Notes under the pieces: generated by a model
The model's input: only the letters and a program-made list of their open reading frames with translations
Databases searched by the model: none
Told to the model about the DNA's origin: nothing
Part shown: piece after piece, positions 18,467 through 31,046 of the stretch
Numbering within the stretch: the stretch's first letter is position 1
Layout: the number at the start of each line of letters is the position of its first letter
Assembly (NCBI GenBank): GCA_052055015.1
Contig: JBQJIT010000026.1
DNA from: Malassezia furfur
Lineage: Eukaryota
Length of the DNA stretch: 53,979 bases
Strand: one strand, 5' to 3'
Program-made: the position numbers and the translations under genes

Positions 18467-19141
18467 ATGGTCTTTTCGCGTGCAGGATCAATGCGCGCCG
18501 CAACAAGCGCGGCGCGGGGGATCTGCACGAGCGCACTCCGTGCGCAGGCCCCACGGCCACCGCGGCTGATCCCCGGGGCTCACGTCATGGCTGGCACTCA
18601 CACTCCGAAGGACCCTATTGAGGTCGCTCGCCTATACCCCGACCATCCATTGATGCGGTTTTTCCAACGCGTGCCTGTGGAAGTACCCAAGGCAGGCACT
18701 GAAGGGAAGCACGCCGATGAGCGCGATACACTATATGTTCCTCAAGCTGTCACAGAGGCTGATCTCGGCAAGGACAACTCGTCGCGCTCATGGCTCGCTC
18801 CAGAGCTGCGCCGCAAGAGTAGTGCTGATCTTCACAACCTCTGGTATGTGCTCTTGATGGAACGCAACCGCCTTGCAACGAGCTGGGAGGAGATCAAGCG
18901 AAACAATGCTGAGGGCGCTGCTCATATGCTCGGCGAGAGCCTGTCCTATCGTCACCACAGGGTATGTTGTCTATTCCGCTAACACCAGGTTCGCAAGTCG
19001 ATGGCGCGCATTAAGTTTGTCTTGAACGAGCGTCGTCTTGCTCTGATTGACGCGCAACGACGTGCGCGCGAACAACAATCGGCTGAGCCCCAAGAGGATG
19101 ATGGCAATCTGTTCGAGACATCGCAAGCAGCATCGAACTAA
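18467..19141 (+). CDS. MRPL4: Mitochondrial ribosomal protein uL29m (MRPL4/MRPL47); exons 18467-18961 and 18989-19141
   Basis: Presequence-like N-terminus; RSWLAPELRRKSSADLHNLWYVLLMERNRL; splicing out a 27-nt intron restores HR|VRKSMARIKFVLNER; stop TAA at 19139-19141. Confidence 0.9.
18962..18988 (+). other. 27-nt spliceosomal intron in MRPL4
   Basis: GTATGTtgtctattccgCTAACacCAG; removal restores a conserved motif; carries an in-frame TAA. Confidence 0.9.
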
Positions 19142-19445
19142 TTTATCAACTCCTCGATTCCCCATAGGCCCTGTAAGCTAGCTACTCCCGGGGTCCGATT
19201 CTACGGCGTCGCCGCGCTGCGCCTGCGCGCAGTCCCTGAATTGTTGGTCAGGGTAGGTCACCTGACCAAAACCCTGGGCGGGCCCCGCAAGTGCGCACTG
19301 TGCAGCACAAGCCCACACGCGTGCAATCCGCGTTGGTTTCACGAGCCGGGCACATCCTAGCTGGGTACTCCCACTTTCTGAGAAGAAGGTTACGACGATT
19401 TTGTACTATACGGAATAAGTACACCCTTGACGGGCGCTACCTACC

Positions 19446-22400
19446 ATGCTCGAGGGCGTGCTGGCCTCGGTGTTGAACCGATTCCTATCCGCATATGTGG
19501 ATAATCTGAGTACAAATCAGCTCAACGTCGGTATCTGGAACGGGGATGTGAAGTTGAAGAACTTGCGTTTGAAGCGTACAGCGCTAGAGAAGCTTCGGCT
19601 TCCGATCGATGTGAAGGAGGGCTACTTGGGCCAGCTGACGCTCTTCATCCCCTGGTCGAATTTGAAGGGGAAGCCCGTGCGGGTGTTGATCGAGAACGTC
19701 TCGCTGCTCGCTTCGCCGCGTGGAGCCAGTGTAGAGCTGGATGAAGCGGAGGAAGAAGAGCGTTTGCAGATTCAGAAGCAGGCTAAGTTGGAGCAGGCTG
19801 AGTTTCTCTCTCAGGGGCTGGTGAACAAGGGCGAGGACGAAGCCACGGCGAAGCAGAACGAATCGTTCATCAGTTCGCTGGTGACCAAGATTGTGGACAA
19901 CTTGCAGATTACCGTGCGCAACATCCATATCCGATACGAGGATGCCATCTCGAACCCCGAGTACCCCTTCGCGATCGGCTTGACGCTGGCCGAGCTTTCT
20001 GCAGTATCCACGGACGAGAACTGGGAACCGACGTTTGTGCACAACAGTGCACAGGGTATCCACAAGCTCGCACGTCTCGACTCGCTCTCAATGTATTGGA
20101 ACACGAGCACCGGGTTCCTTGACGCAAGCTCGCCGGAGGAGCTGCAGCAGAAGCTGAACGAGCTGATTCCCACCAGTGAGCAGAGCGCGAATCACCAGTA
20201 CATTTTGGAGCCCGTTTCGGGGGCCGGCAAGCTCGTGATTCGGCACCATGCCACCAAGGAGGAACCTGCCATCGACGCGCAACTCGCGTTTGACCAGATT
20301 GGCTTTACGCTGGACGACGAGCAGTACCGGGACGGGATCTGCATGATGGATTTGTTCCATTTCTACGCGCGCCAGGCGCAATATCGCGCCTTTCGTCCCT
20401 CGGCCGCGCAGCTCGAGGAGAACAGGCCGCGCGCGCTCTTCCAGTTTGCGGCTAAAGCTATCGTCAACGAGGTGCACCAAAAGCACCGCGTTTGGTCATG
20501 GGACTACTTCAAGGAGCGGCGCGACATGCGCCGCGAATATGTCCGTCTTTTCAAGTCGGTCGAGGCGTCTAAGCCCAAGGGGGCCACTGACGCACCACAG
20601 TCCGAGTCACTTGATGAGCTGAAGCTGCTCGAACGCAAGTTGGACTACCGCGACATTCGCCTCTTCCGTTCCATTGCGCGACGCGAGATCCGTAAGGAGC
20701 ACAGCGACGCATCGGCGACCCAGAAGGTGGAAGCAAAGGAGGCCAACGAGGCCGGCACAACCGAGGAGGCGGCCAAGACTGCGGACGGCAAAGCCGCCGG
20801 CAACGAGTCCAACAAGGGTGGCTGGTTCTCCTGGATCTGGCCCAGCTCGGGCCAGAATCAGACCAAGTCGGAGGATGTGACGCCATCGCTCAACACGGAA
20901 CAGCGCAAGGAGCTATACGATGCGATCGAGTGGGACGAGACGACAGGCTCGTCGCTACTTGCGCAGCTCGACGACTTGCCGCCCGAGGTGGTCAAGATGC
21001 ACGTCACGACGCAGCTGCGCCGTGGTTTCCTCAACCTGCGAGACCATGCAACGCAGCGCGATATTCTGTCATTGGTGTTTGACGATTTCGAGGGCGAGAT
21101 GAACCAGCGTGTCAACAACTTTGATGTCTCGGCCTCGCTCGGTGCGCTGTGCGTGATGGATGGCACCTCGTCGCAGACGCAGTACCCCCAGATTGTGCAC
21201 GTCAAAGACTCTCCGCTGCAGAGTCTGACTACGTCGGAGGCACAGGAACAGGTTGAGGAGCAGAGCGATCGACGGAACCCCTTCTTCCACCTGGTCTTTG
21301 AGCACAACCCGTTGGACGGACGCGCGGACAATGCGTTGTCGCTGAAGATGCGGTCAATGGAGATCGTGTACCATCGGTCGTACATCGAGTCTATCATCCG
21401 CTTCTTCACTCCGCCCGAAAATGAACTGGAGCTGATCGGTGCGCTGCTTGACGTCGCAAGCGAGACGCTCGAGGGGATCCGTAAAGAGACGCGTCTCGGT
21501 CTTGAGAATGCCCTCGAGAACCACAAGACGGTGGACCTTGCGCTCGACGTACAGGCGCCTATCATTGTACTGCCCGAGGACATCACGACGCGCGAATCGG
21601 AGCACGTGGTGCTGGACGCTGGCCACATTGCGGTGCGCTCGCTGCTGGCCGACCCCAAGTCGCTCGATGCGATTCGTGCCAAGCACAGTCGCCAGTACAC
21701 GGAGCAGGACTACCGTGAGCTCGAGGAGCTGATGTATGACCGCTACTTTATCAAGTTGGACTCGACGCAGCTCGTGCTGGGCGGCAACTACCAGGACAGC
21801 ATGGAGAGCTTGCAGGGCGAGCTCAAGGACCGCGATTTGCACCTACTCGAGCGGATCAACCTCACCTTTACCCTGCACAACTCGATCTTGCCTCGCGCGC
21901 CCAACCTGACCAAGCTCAAGGTGACGGGCAAGCTGCCGCGGCTCAACATCAACTTTTCCGACGGCAAGTACCACACGCTGATGCGCCTCATCGATGTGAG
22001 CATTCCGCGCACAGACGACGCTGCGCCCGCCCAGGTGCATGCGGCGCCCGTGCGGCCGGCGGAGGACCATGCGCGCTTTGACCTGGTGCAGGCGCGGCGT
22101 GAGCGGCTGGCCGAGCAGCTGCGCGGCGAGGAGGACGCCGCGATCCTCTCCGAGTACGGCGGCAGTGTCGAGAGCGACTCGAGCGGCGACTCGAGCGACG
22201 ACGAGGATGCCAAGGACTTATTTGAGGAATCGCAGGCAAACGTGCCCGATAAGCTGCATGCGCTGCAAAAGACGTTTGAGTTCTCGTTGGTGGTCGACTG
22301 CGTGCAAGGCACCATCAGCAAGTCGGCCACCGAGCCCGGCCAGGCCGACCAGCTGCTGGTGGAGGCCGTCTTCCAAAACTTCCGGTTAGGCGTGTCGGTG

Positions 22401-25400
22401 CTGCCGTATCAGCTCAACGTCGACGTGAACCTTGGGTCGCTTGACCTTGTCGACAAGATCGTTGTGCAGCCGCCCATGTTCCAGCATATGATCACCTCGC
22501 GCCCGCTCGAATCGATCACCGGCAAGGGGTCGCAGTCCGACGGCGTCGATGCCCACGACCTCGTGTCAGTACGCTACGTCCACATTGCGCGCGAGGCGCC
22601 CAACTATTGGGACGGGTTTGAGGGAATTGACCAGTCGATACATGTGGACCTCTCGACGATCAATCTGATGCTCACTCGTGTGACGGTGCTGGCGGTGTAC
22701 GACTGGATCATGCTCACGTTTGTTGGCAAGACGGACGCGACGCCCTCCGATACGCCAAGCGTATCAAGCGAAGAGCAGACGCCCTCGGCCCCGGCCGAGG
22801 ACCCGGCGCCTCCTGCACCCGAGGCTGACGACGCTCCGGCGCACAAGCTGCGGATCAAGGTCAAGCTGTCGTCCATCCAGTTGCGCCTGAACGATGACGC
22901 GACACTGCTGAGCACCCTGACGCTCTCGACCGCAGACATTGCGATTTTGCTGCGCAACAACACAATGCGTATCGCAACACGCGTTGGCTCTCTGTCGCTG
23001 CGGGACGAGATGGAGCGCCAGCGGGCGGACCCGGCGTTTGCCAACCTGCTCTCGATCGAAGGCGGCGAGTTGGCCGACTTTGCGCTCGAGACGTTTGACC
23101 CGAACGACGCGCAGTACCCCGGCTACGACACCTCCGTGTGGCTGCGGTGCGGCGCGCTCAAAGTCGCGGTGGTCAACGAGCCGATCCACGAGCTGCTTGC
23201 CTTCTTTAGCAAGTTTGCCCGCATGAAGGCCGTTTACGATGCGGCGTCGTCTGCGGCGTCGGCACAGGCTTCGCAGCTGCAGGCGTCCGAGGGTAAGGTC
23301 AAGTACGACCTACTGGTGAAGAGCCCCATTGTGCTACTACCACGCGACGTGTCCTCGCCGGACATGCTCACGGCGCATCTCGGCGAGCTGTACGCCCATA
23401 ATGCGTTCACTCTGGAGAAGGAGCAGGCGAAGATGACGCTCAATGCGGGCCTGCGTCAGATCCGACTCGACTCGCGCATTACCACGGACGGCAAGGGCAA
23501 TGACCTCCGCATGCTCGAGGATGTTGAAATCGGCGTGCAGATCCAGCAGACGGATCCCCCCACCGAGAGCGGCGGCTCTGGCGCTCGGCCCGAAGTCGCG
23601 TCGAAGGCCAAGGGTGAGGGTGAGGACAAAGGCGCGAGCGATCACGAGGACGGCGCGAGGGAAGACAAGACCGTCGAGGGGGACTCCCAGGCGCCCTCGA
23701 AGCCTGCTACCTCTGGAGGCGTGGTGTGTGCAACGCCGGCAACCGCGGATGCTACGACCGGGGCGGCGGTTATCGCCGCCGGTGCCGAGCAGGACCACCT
23801 GGCGGACGTCCGCCTACGCCAAATATTCTTTGCCGCGCACATGTCCGACATCCACCTCATGCTGACGCAGCAGCAGTACGCGCTGCTGCTCGCCATCCTG
23901 CGCACGGTGCCCGAGGCATTTGTGGTGCCCGAGGAAGATGCCGAGTTGGACACGGGCGATACGCCGCCGCTGCCCCTCGCGAGTGCGCGAGAGAATGCAT
24001 TGGCCGTCGACCGCGTGCAGGCCGCGCAGGCGGTGCCGCCCGCCGAGGCGATCCCCACGCTGTACCACGGCCACTTTGATGTGCACAATGTGACGCTCGA
24101 CCTGTACGACGAGAGCGCAACGACCGAGGCGAAGCTCGAGGCCGGCCAGCTGTTCCGCTTCACGCTGAGTGAAGCGCTGCTCAAGATGCACCAGCATCCC
24201 CGCACCGGTCTCGAGGCCGAGGTGAGTCTACAGAGCCTCTCGGCCACCGATACGCGCCCGAGCCGCGAGACGCACTTCCGCGAAGTGATCCCTGCCAGCT
24301 CGCACGATGGCAAGCAGTTTATGCTGAACTATTCGGCAACCCCGGGGCCGGACAGCAACGTGCTGGCCGTCGTGACGCTCGACAGTCCCAAGTTTATCTT
24401 TTCGCTCGACCCACTCTTTGCGCTACTCAACTTCTTTACGAGCGCGCTGCAGTCGGCCGAAGCAGCGGCCCCGACGTCCTCCTCGTCGCGGCACCAGCAC
24501 ACACGGCGCGCGCCGAGCGTCGCCAAGACGCTGCGCAGCTCACGCACGGCTGCCGGTGCGCCGGCGCTGCCAGACGCCAGCGAGCCGCGCGGTACAAGCA
24601 TTGCGTTCCGCGTGAACATCGTGGAGCCGCGCATCATTCTACTGTCGTCGCCGGAACGCGCCGACTCGGAGGCGATCGTGCTGCTTGTGCGGCAGGTGGT
24701 GATCTCGCAACAGACGGTGCTGGTGCTCAGTGTGACGCAGCTTGGTATCTTTGTGTGGCGCATGAACGCGCCCAAGGACCGTCAGCGTTTGCTGAACAAC
24801 GTCGACATCTCTGTGTCGATGGACTCGCGCGCAACGCCGACCGGCTCCGTGACCAGCATCGACGTGGAGATCGAGACGTTGCTCGTGCGCCTGACGCGCT
24901 CCGATGTGCAGTTGCTATCAAGCGTAACGGAAAACGCCATTGCGCTCTCGGCTCAGTCGAATGCCGAGACGCGTACGGAGTCGGCCTCGACCGCGAGCAC
25001 CGTCACGCAGGGCGTTGCGAGTGAGGCATCCATGCTCACGAAGAACGACGCGACGGACACCACCTCTGAGGGCGAATCGAGCGAGGCCGATGACAGCGAG
25101 GACGACGACGCCAAGATGCTCGCCGCACGCGAGGAGCTGAGCGTGCACATTGCGGGCGTGCAGGTGATGGTCATCAGCGAGGCGCACATGCTTCCTGCGC
25201 TCGACCTGCGCCTGGACCCGTGCACGATTAACGCGATCGATTGGTCCGCCGACCTGCGCGTACACACGACGCTCAACATGTGGCTGAACAACTACAACCT
25301 GTCACTGTCGTACTGGGAGCCATTAATGGAGCCGTGGATGCTCGACGTGCGCTATGAGCGACACCTGACGACACCCTCGTCGACGTTTACGCTGGCGGCG

Positions 25401-28400
25401 CAGCGGCGCCTTGAGCTGAATGTGAGCGCTACGATGCTTGAGACGACGCACAATGTGCTCCAGCTGCTCGACAAAGACCACAACATCCGCGAGGACATGC
25501 GGCACATTGCGCCGTTCCGCATCCGCAACCGCACCGGCTATCGTATCAGCGTCTGGTCCGAGCAGAAGAACTCGACCGGTCCGCGCCCGACACCGCACAA
25601 AATCGAGGACGGTGCACAGATCCCGTGGATGTTTGGCGACTGGAAGTCGCTGCGTGAGAACCCGCTCGATGTAACATACAACCGCCTCGCCGTGCAGATC
25701 GACGACATGCCGTGGGAGCGCGTGCGCAATGTGAGTGTCGACCGTGAGGGCGAGTCGGTCATGACGCTGCGCCCCAAGCTGAACCGCACGAGCTACCGTC
25801 TGCTGTGCGACATCAAGCTGGAGAACAACATCAAGGTGATCACGTTCCGCTCTACGTTCCGCGTCGACAACCAGGCGCTGATCCCGATCGAGATCGGAGT
25901 CCTCGACGAGGACGGCGCGCTGAGCGACACGGTGCTGCGCATCGCGCCGGGCACCGACAATGCGCTGCCGATCATCGACGCGTATCACCGCAAAGTGCGC
26001 GTGCGCCCCGACCCCGGCTTTGGGTACGACTGGTCGAAGGAGGCGGTCGCGTGGCGCGACCTGATGTACAGCTCGACGCACCAGTTTGAGTGCCCCGCGC
26101 AGAACGAGGGCGAGGCGCCCTTCCTGTTCCAGGGCTTTGCGGTGCGCGATTTAAAGAGCGCATCGCAGCGGCACTACCCCAAGCTTACGTTGTCGCTGCG
26201 CGCGCCGGTCGAGGTGGAGAATTTGCTGCCGTTCGACGTGCAGTACCGGCTGTTCGACAAGAATCTCAACCACAACTGGTCGAGCTTTTTGCGCTCGGGC
26301 GGCGTGTCGCCCGTGCACGTCGTACAATTGGAGCACCTGCTGCTCCTCAGCATCGAGATCGCCGACTCGGTGTATTCCCCGAGCGAGTTTGCCATCATCG
26401 CCTCGGACAATCCCGACGACTTCCCTGTGGAGCATGTGTTGCCGCTTGCAGACGCCGCGAACCAGAAACTCGAGCTGCGCCTGCACTACCACACCTACCC
26501 CGACTCGGGCGGTGCGTTCAAGGTGCAGATCTACTCGCCGTACATCTTCCTCAACCAGAGCCAGCTGCCGGTCGCCATCAAGGCACGTCACTGGGGCGGC
26601 CACACGCGCGCCGTCGCCGGCCAGGAGATGGGCAAGGGCGACGAGCCGCTCGGTGCGGCGTCGTGCGTGCCGTTCCTCGTGTCGCGCACCAATGAGCGGC
26701 GCAACCGGTTCGTGCTGCGCGCGGGCGACTCGCAGTGGTCGCGTCCCCTGTCGTTCGATGTGATCGGTTCCGAGGTGGAGCTGACGATCCAGTCGGCGAG
26801 TGGCGACCGCGAGGCGCACTTTGGTTTGAACGTCGAGGACGGTCTCGGCAAATTCAAGCTGTCCAAGGTGATCAAGCTGACGCCGCGTTACATGCTGCAC
26901 AATCACCTGCACGAAACCCTGCATCTCGCCGAGTCGGTCGGCGGCGAAGAATTTGCGATCCCCGCGCGGGAGCTGCAGCCGCTGCACTGGCTCCATGTGG
27001 ACAGCACCAAGCATGCCAAGATTAAGTTTGGCAACAGCGCATGGACCGCTCCGTTCAGCATCGACAACATCGGCAAGGTGTACCTCCGCGTAATGCGGCC
27101 CAACCAGCCGCAACACCTGCTCGATGTCGACGTCGAGATGAACGGCCCCGTGATCTTCATCCAGGTGCGCCATGCCACGGGTCCCTGGCCGTTCCTGATG
27201 CGCAACGAGACCGACTTTAGCGTGACGTTCATGCAGAGCTCGGTCGCGAACGACACACCCCGCGCGCGCCGGGCGCTCGAAAGCGAAGAGGGCCCCGACG
27301 CGACACTGAAGCGCTACGTGCTCAAGCCGCGCAGCAAGATGAAGTACGCGTGGGACTACCCCGCGGACACGGACAAGTACATCCGCCTCGTGATCAACGG
27401 CCGCGAGCGTGTGATCAATGTGCTTGAGATCGGCTCGCTGCTGCCCTTCCGCTTCCCCAACAGCACCGGCACCGGCACGAGCGTCGTGTCGCTCGATGTG
27501 CGTGCGGACGGCGAGACGCAGACGCTGGTCATCTCGCCCTACTCCGAATCGAAGAGCAACTTTAAGCTCGCCCAGACCGGCGCCCGCAGCGAGGTGCGCG
27601 AAGCGGGTTTCGAGGCCGTGGACGTGGACAACTCGATTGTGTTTGCGTTCAAGGTGCAGCTGGCCGGCGTCGGTGTGTCGTTCATTTCGAACAAGGTCGT
27701 GGAGATTGCCTACTGCACCTTCCGCGGCCTCGAGCTGAGCTACACCGAGTCGCAGGTGACCACGGCGGTGAATGTGATCTGCAAGTGGATCCAGATCGAC
27801 AACCAGATGTACGGAAGCATTTTCCCGATCGTGCTCTATCCCACCATCGTTCCCAAAGACGGAAAGGAGCTTGACGTGCACCCCACGCTGCAGGCAAGCG
27901 TCATCCGCCTCAAAGACGAGACGCACGGCGTGCAGCACATCAAGTACGCCTCGGTGCTCCTCCAGGAGCTCACGGCGGAGCTCGACGAAAACTTTTTGTT
28001 CGCCGTGTACAACTTTGTGCGGTTCAGTACCGCGGGCACGACAAGCCCGAGCGATGACACCGAGTTCATCGAGCACCCCCACGACATCCCGGAGCCGAGT
28101 GACACGATGCAGAGCCAGGACCAGATCTACATCGAGATTCTGCACGTGCAGCCGCTTGCGCTGAACCTGTCGTTCATGGCGACAGACCACGTCGATGTCG
28201 AGGAAACGGAGAGCTCGCGTACGCTCTTCCTGTTCATCTTCAACGCGCTGCTCATGGCACTCGGTAACGTCAACGATGCCCCCGTGCGCCTCAATGCGCT
28301 CGTGATGGAGAACGTGCGCATGTCCGAGTCGGTGCTGCAGCAACGCATCGCGTACCACTACGGCCAAGAGTTCTTGTTCCAGCTGCACCGCATCCTGGGC

Positions 28401-29359
28401 TCTGCCGACTTCCTTGGGAACCCGGTGGGCTTGTTCAACAACGTGAGCTCGGGTGTGGCCGACATCTTCTACGAGCCCTACTACGGCCTGGTCATGCACG
28501 GCAACCGCGAGCTGGGCTTCGGCATCGCGCGCGGCGCCAGCAACTTTGTGAAGAAGACCGTATTTGGCGTGAGCGACAGTGTGTCGAAGCTCACCGGATC
28601 CATCTCCAAGGGCCTCGCGGCGGTGACCATGGACCGCGAATTCCAGAACCGCTGGCGTGCGACGCACATGCGCAACAAGCCACGGCATGCGCTGTACGGC
28701 ATCACGACCGGCGCCAACTCGCTGTTCACCAGTGTCGCGAGCGGCATCGAGGGCCTGGCGCTGCGTCCGCTCGAGGGCGCGGAGCAGAGCGGCGCGGCGG
28801 GCTTTGTGCAAGGCCTGGGTCGCGGCCTGGTGGGTGCCCTGACGAAGCCGGCGGCGGGCTTCTTTGACCTGGCGAGCAACGTCACCGAGGGGCTGCGCAA
28901 CACCACGACCGTGTTTGAGCAGAACGACATTGACCGGGTGCGTCTGCCGCGGTACATTGCGATGGACGACATTGTGCGTCCCTACTCGGCGCGCGAGGCG
29001 CTGGGGCAGTATTGGCTGTACCAGCTGGACCACGGGCGGGTGCAGAACGACCACTACATTGCGCACGTGGACACGTCCGGCCCCGGCGGTGGCTCGACCA
29101 TCATGCTGACCGAGCACCGCATCCTGTACGTGCGCACGGCGAAGCTCAAGGTGCTGTGGGAGGTGGTGTGGCCCGATCTGTCTACGATTTCGTACGTATT
29201 CCCGACTTACCGTCCAGGCTCGAAAGCAGCGGCATTTCGCTCGTGCTGCGCGGCGGCGTGATTGGTCCCTTTTTGCCGATCAACGAGACGAGCACACGCC
29301 TGTGGCTCTTCAAGCAGATCTCGGGCGTGGTCCAGAAGTACAACACCGCGCATTCGTAG
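19446..29359 (+). CDS. VPS13: VPS13 bridge-like lipid transfer protein; exons 19446-29191 and 29218-29359
   Basis: Chorein-N start (MLEGVLASVLNRFLSAYVDNL...GIWNGDVKLKNL); VAB-region motifs (WEPLMEPW, RNRTGY); ATG2_C-like ILGSADFLGNPVGLF...GLVGALTKP; a 26-nt intron joins to LESSGISLVLRGGVIGPFLP...YNTAHS*. Confidence 0.95.
29192..29217 (+). other. 26-nt spliceosomal intron in VPS13
   Basis: GTACGTattcccgaCTTACcgtcCAG; removal shifts the frame into a plausible conserved C-terminus (LRGG..GPF.P). Confidence 0.85.
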
Positions 29360-29406
29360 TCACGTGATTTTCTCTCCGAGCCACGGTCTCGGCGCGTCAC
29401 GGGAAA

Positions 29407-29415
29407 AACCAATCA
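29407..29415 (+). promoter_or_regulatory. CCAAT box (AACCAATCA) in the HAP2 promoter
   Basis: Matches the NF-Y consensus RRCCAATCA, ~40 bp upstream of the HAP2 ATG. Confidence 0.55.
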
Positions 29416-29455
29416 AATCGCCCTCCGCGCCACGACGACGCTCAGATCGCTCGCG

Positions 29456-31008
29456 ATGTCGGACGCGCAAGGCGGCAACGGACTGGGGTCCGCGTCCGCG
29501 CTCAGCTCGGGGTTCCCGCTGAACTCCATTCTTGGTAACCAGACGCTGCGGCAGGGCGATTCGAACGCCATGTACTATCCGCAGGTACGTCCCCGACACA
29601 CCGCCCGCTCCGCGGCGCCCGCCCCGCGCTCCGGCCGGGGTACGCGCGCGTCGGGCGTGCGCGCCCACAGTGACTAACACCGCAGAGCACGCATCCCTTC
29701 TATGCTGGGCATCATGCGCAGCCGAATTCGCCGCCCGCGCGCGCGCCGCACGGGGCCGAGGGCGGCGCGTATCCCAGCGGGCACCTTGTGCCCTACCTCA
29801 ACCAGCACGGCGGCGATACGGGCGACATGGGCGCGGCGGGCGCGCCACAGCTTGACGCCTTCTACATACAGCAGCCGCCCGGCTCGTTTGTTGTGCCGCT
29901 GGACGTGCCCGACGTCAACTCGTACGCACACCCCCAGGCCGGCCTGCCGTCCGGCCTGCCGCTCCGCGGTCCGTCGAACCTGCCCGGCTGGGGTGCACCG
30001 TCGCGCCAGTCGCCCGCGAATGCGCCGCACGATGCGCACGATGAGGCTGACATGCTCAATGGCGCCCACGGTTACCCACCACTCTCCGGGCCCATGCCCG
30101 GCGCGGCGCGCGGCATGGGTCAACCCATGTATGCGCGCCCCACCGACGCACACCGCCAGATGATGCTCGAGCAGGAGGCTGCGGCGCGCGGCGGGCGCGG
30201 TGCGCCCATGCCCAAGCGGCGGCGCACGAGCCCCGTGCCGTTTGGCGAGCCTGGCGCGGATCTCATGTCGCGTTTCCGCGGTGCGCCGCAGGGGATGCGG
30301 GGCGCAGCACCGCCCAACGCGCGCGGCCTGGGCGGGCGACGCGACGACGGTGCGCCCCACGACGCCTCTAACCTGTCGGAGCTGATTCCCGGCGCGGACG
30401 ATGGCGCGCCGCCGAGTGGCGACCTCACCTCGTGGATTTTGGGCCCCGACGACCAGCGCAGCGCGCACTTTGCGATGCCCGATGCCGCCGCGTACTACCG
30501 GGCAAACAGCATGGGCCAGCCGGGCCTGCGCCTCGATATGCCGGGCATCCCGCCCAGCCATGCGGGCGCGCTCGATCCGAGCAAGGGCATGGCGCCACTG
30601 CGGTCGCACGCGCCCAACTCGGACGACGAGCCGCTGTATGTGAACGCGAAGCAGTACCAACGCATTCTCAAGCGCCGCATGGCACGTGCCCGCATGGAGG
30701 AGAAGCGACGGCAAACGTGGCTCATGCAGCTCAAGCAGCGCGAGGAGCAAAAGAACGGGGGTGCCCCCGCCGAGATCTCCGAGGAGTGGGTCTCCGGGCT
30801 GCTGGCGCTCGACGAGGAGTCCAAGAAGCCCTACTTGCACGAGTCCCGCCACAAGCACGCCATGCGCCGCCCGCGTGGACCAGGCGGGCGCTTCCTCACC
30901 ACGGAAGAGATCCGCAAGCGCGACGATGAGGCCGCCAAGAAGGCCCAGGCCGAACAGGCCGAGCAGGCCGAGCCGGCCCCCCCCGCAGCGGCGGCGGCGA
31001 GTACATAG
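29456..31008 (+). CDS. HAP2: CCAAT-binding complex subunit Hap2/HapB (NF-YA); exons 29456-29584 and 29686-31008
   Basis: [17 protein letters not shown] and [24 protein letters not shown]; a 43-codon first exon joins in frame through a 101-nt GTACGT...CTAAC..CAG intron. Confidence 0.92.
29585..29685 (+). other. 101-nt GC-rich intron in HAP2
   Basis: CAG|GTACGT ... gaCTAACacCGCAG|; phase 0; the downstream exon is in frame with the Hap2 domain ORF. Confidence 0.85.
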
Positions 31009-31046
31009 CCACGTGGTTGTATCTTAGTCTCCAGGGTCTGTGCGCC

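Noticed and set aside
4337..19141. PKS biosynthetic gene cluster including SMF and neighbours
   Set aside because: Neighbours are housekeeping or unrelated genes; no tailoring enzymes, exporter or pathway regulator.
19246..19267. GGTCAGG...CCTGACC inverted repeat upstream of VPS13
   Set aside because: Only a 7-bp stem, single occurrence, within chance expectation.
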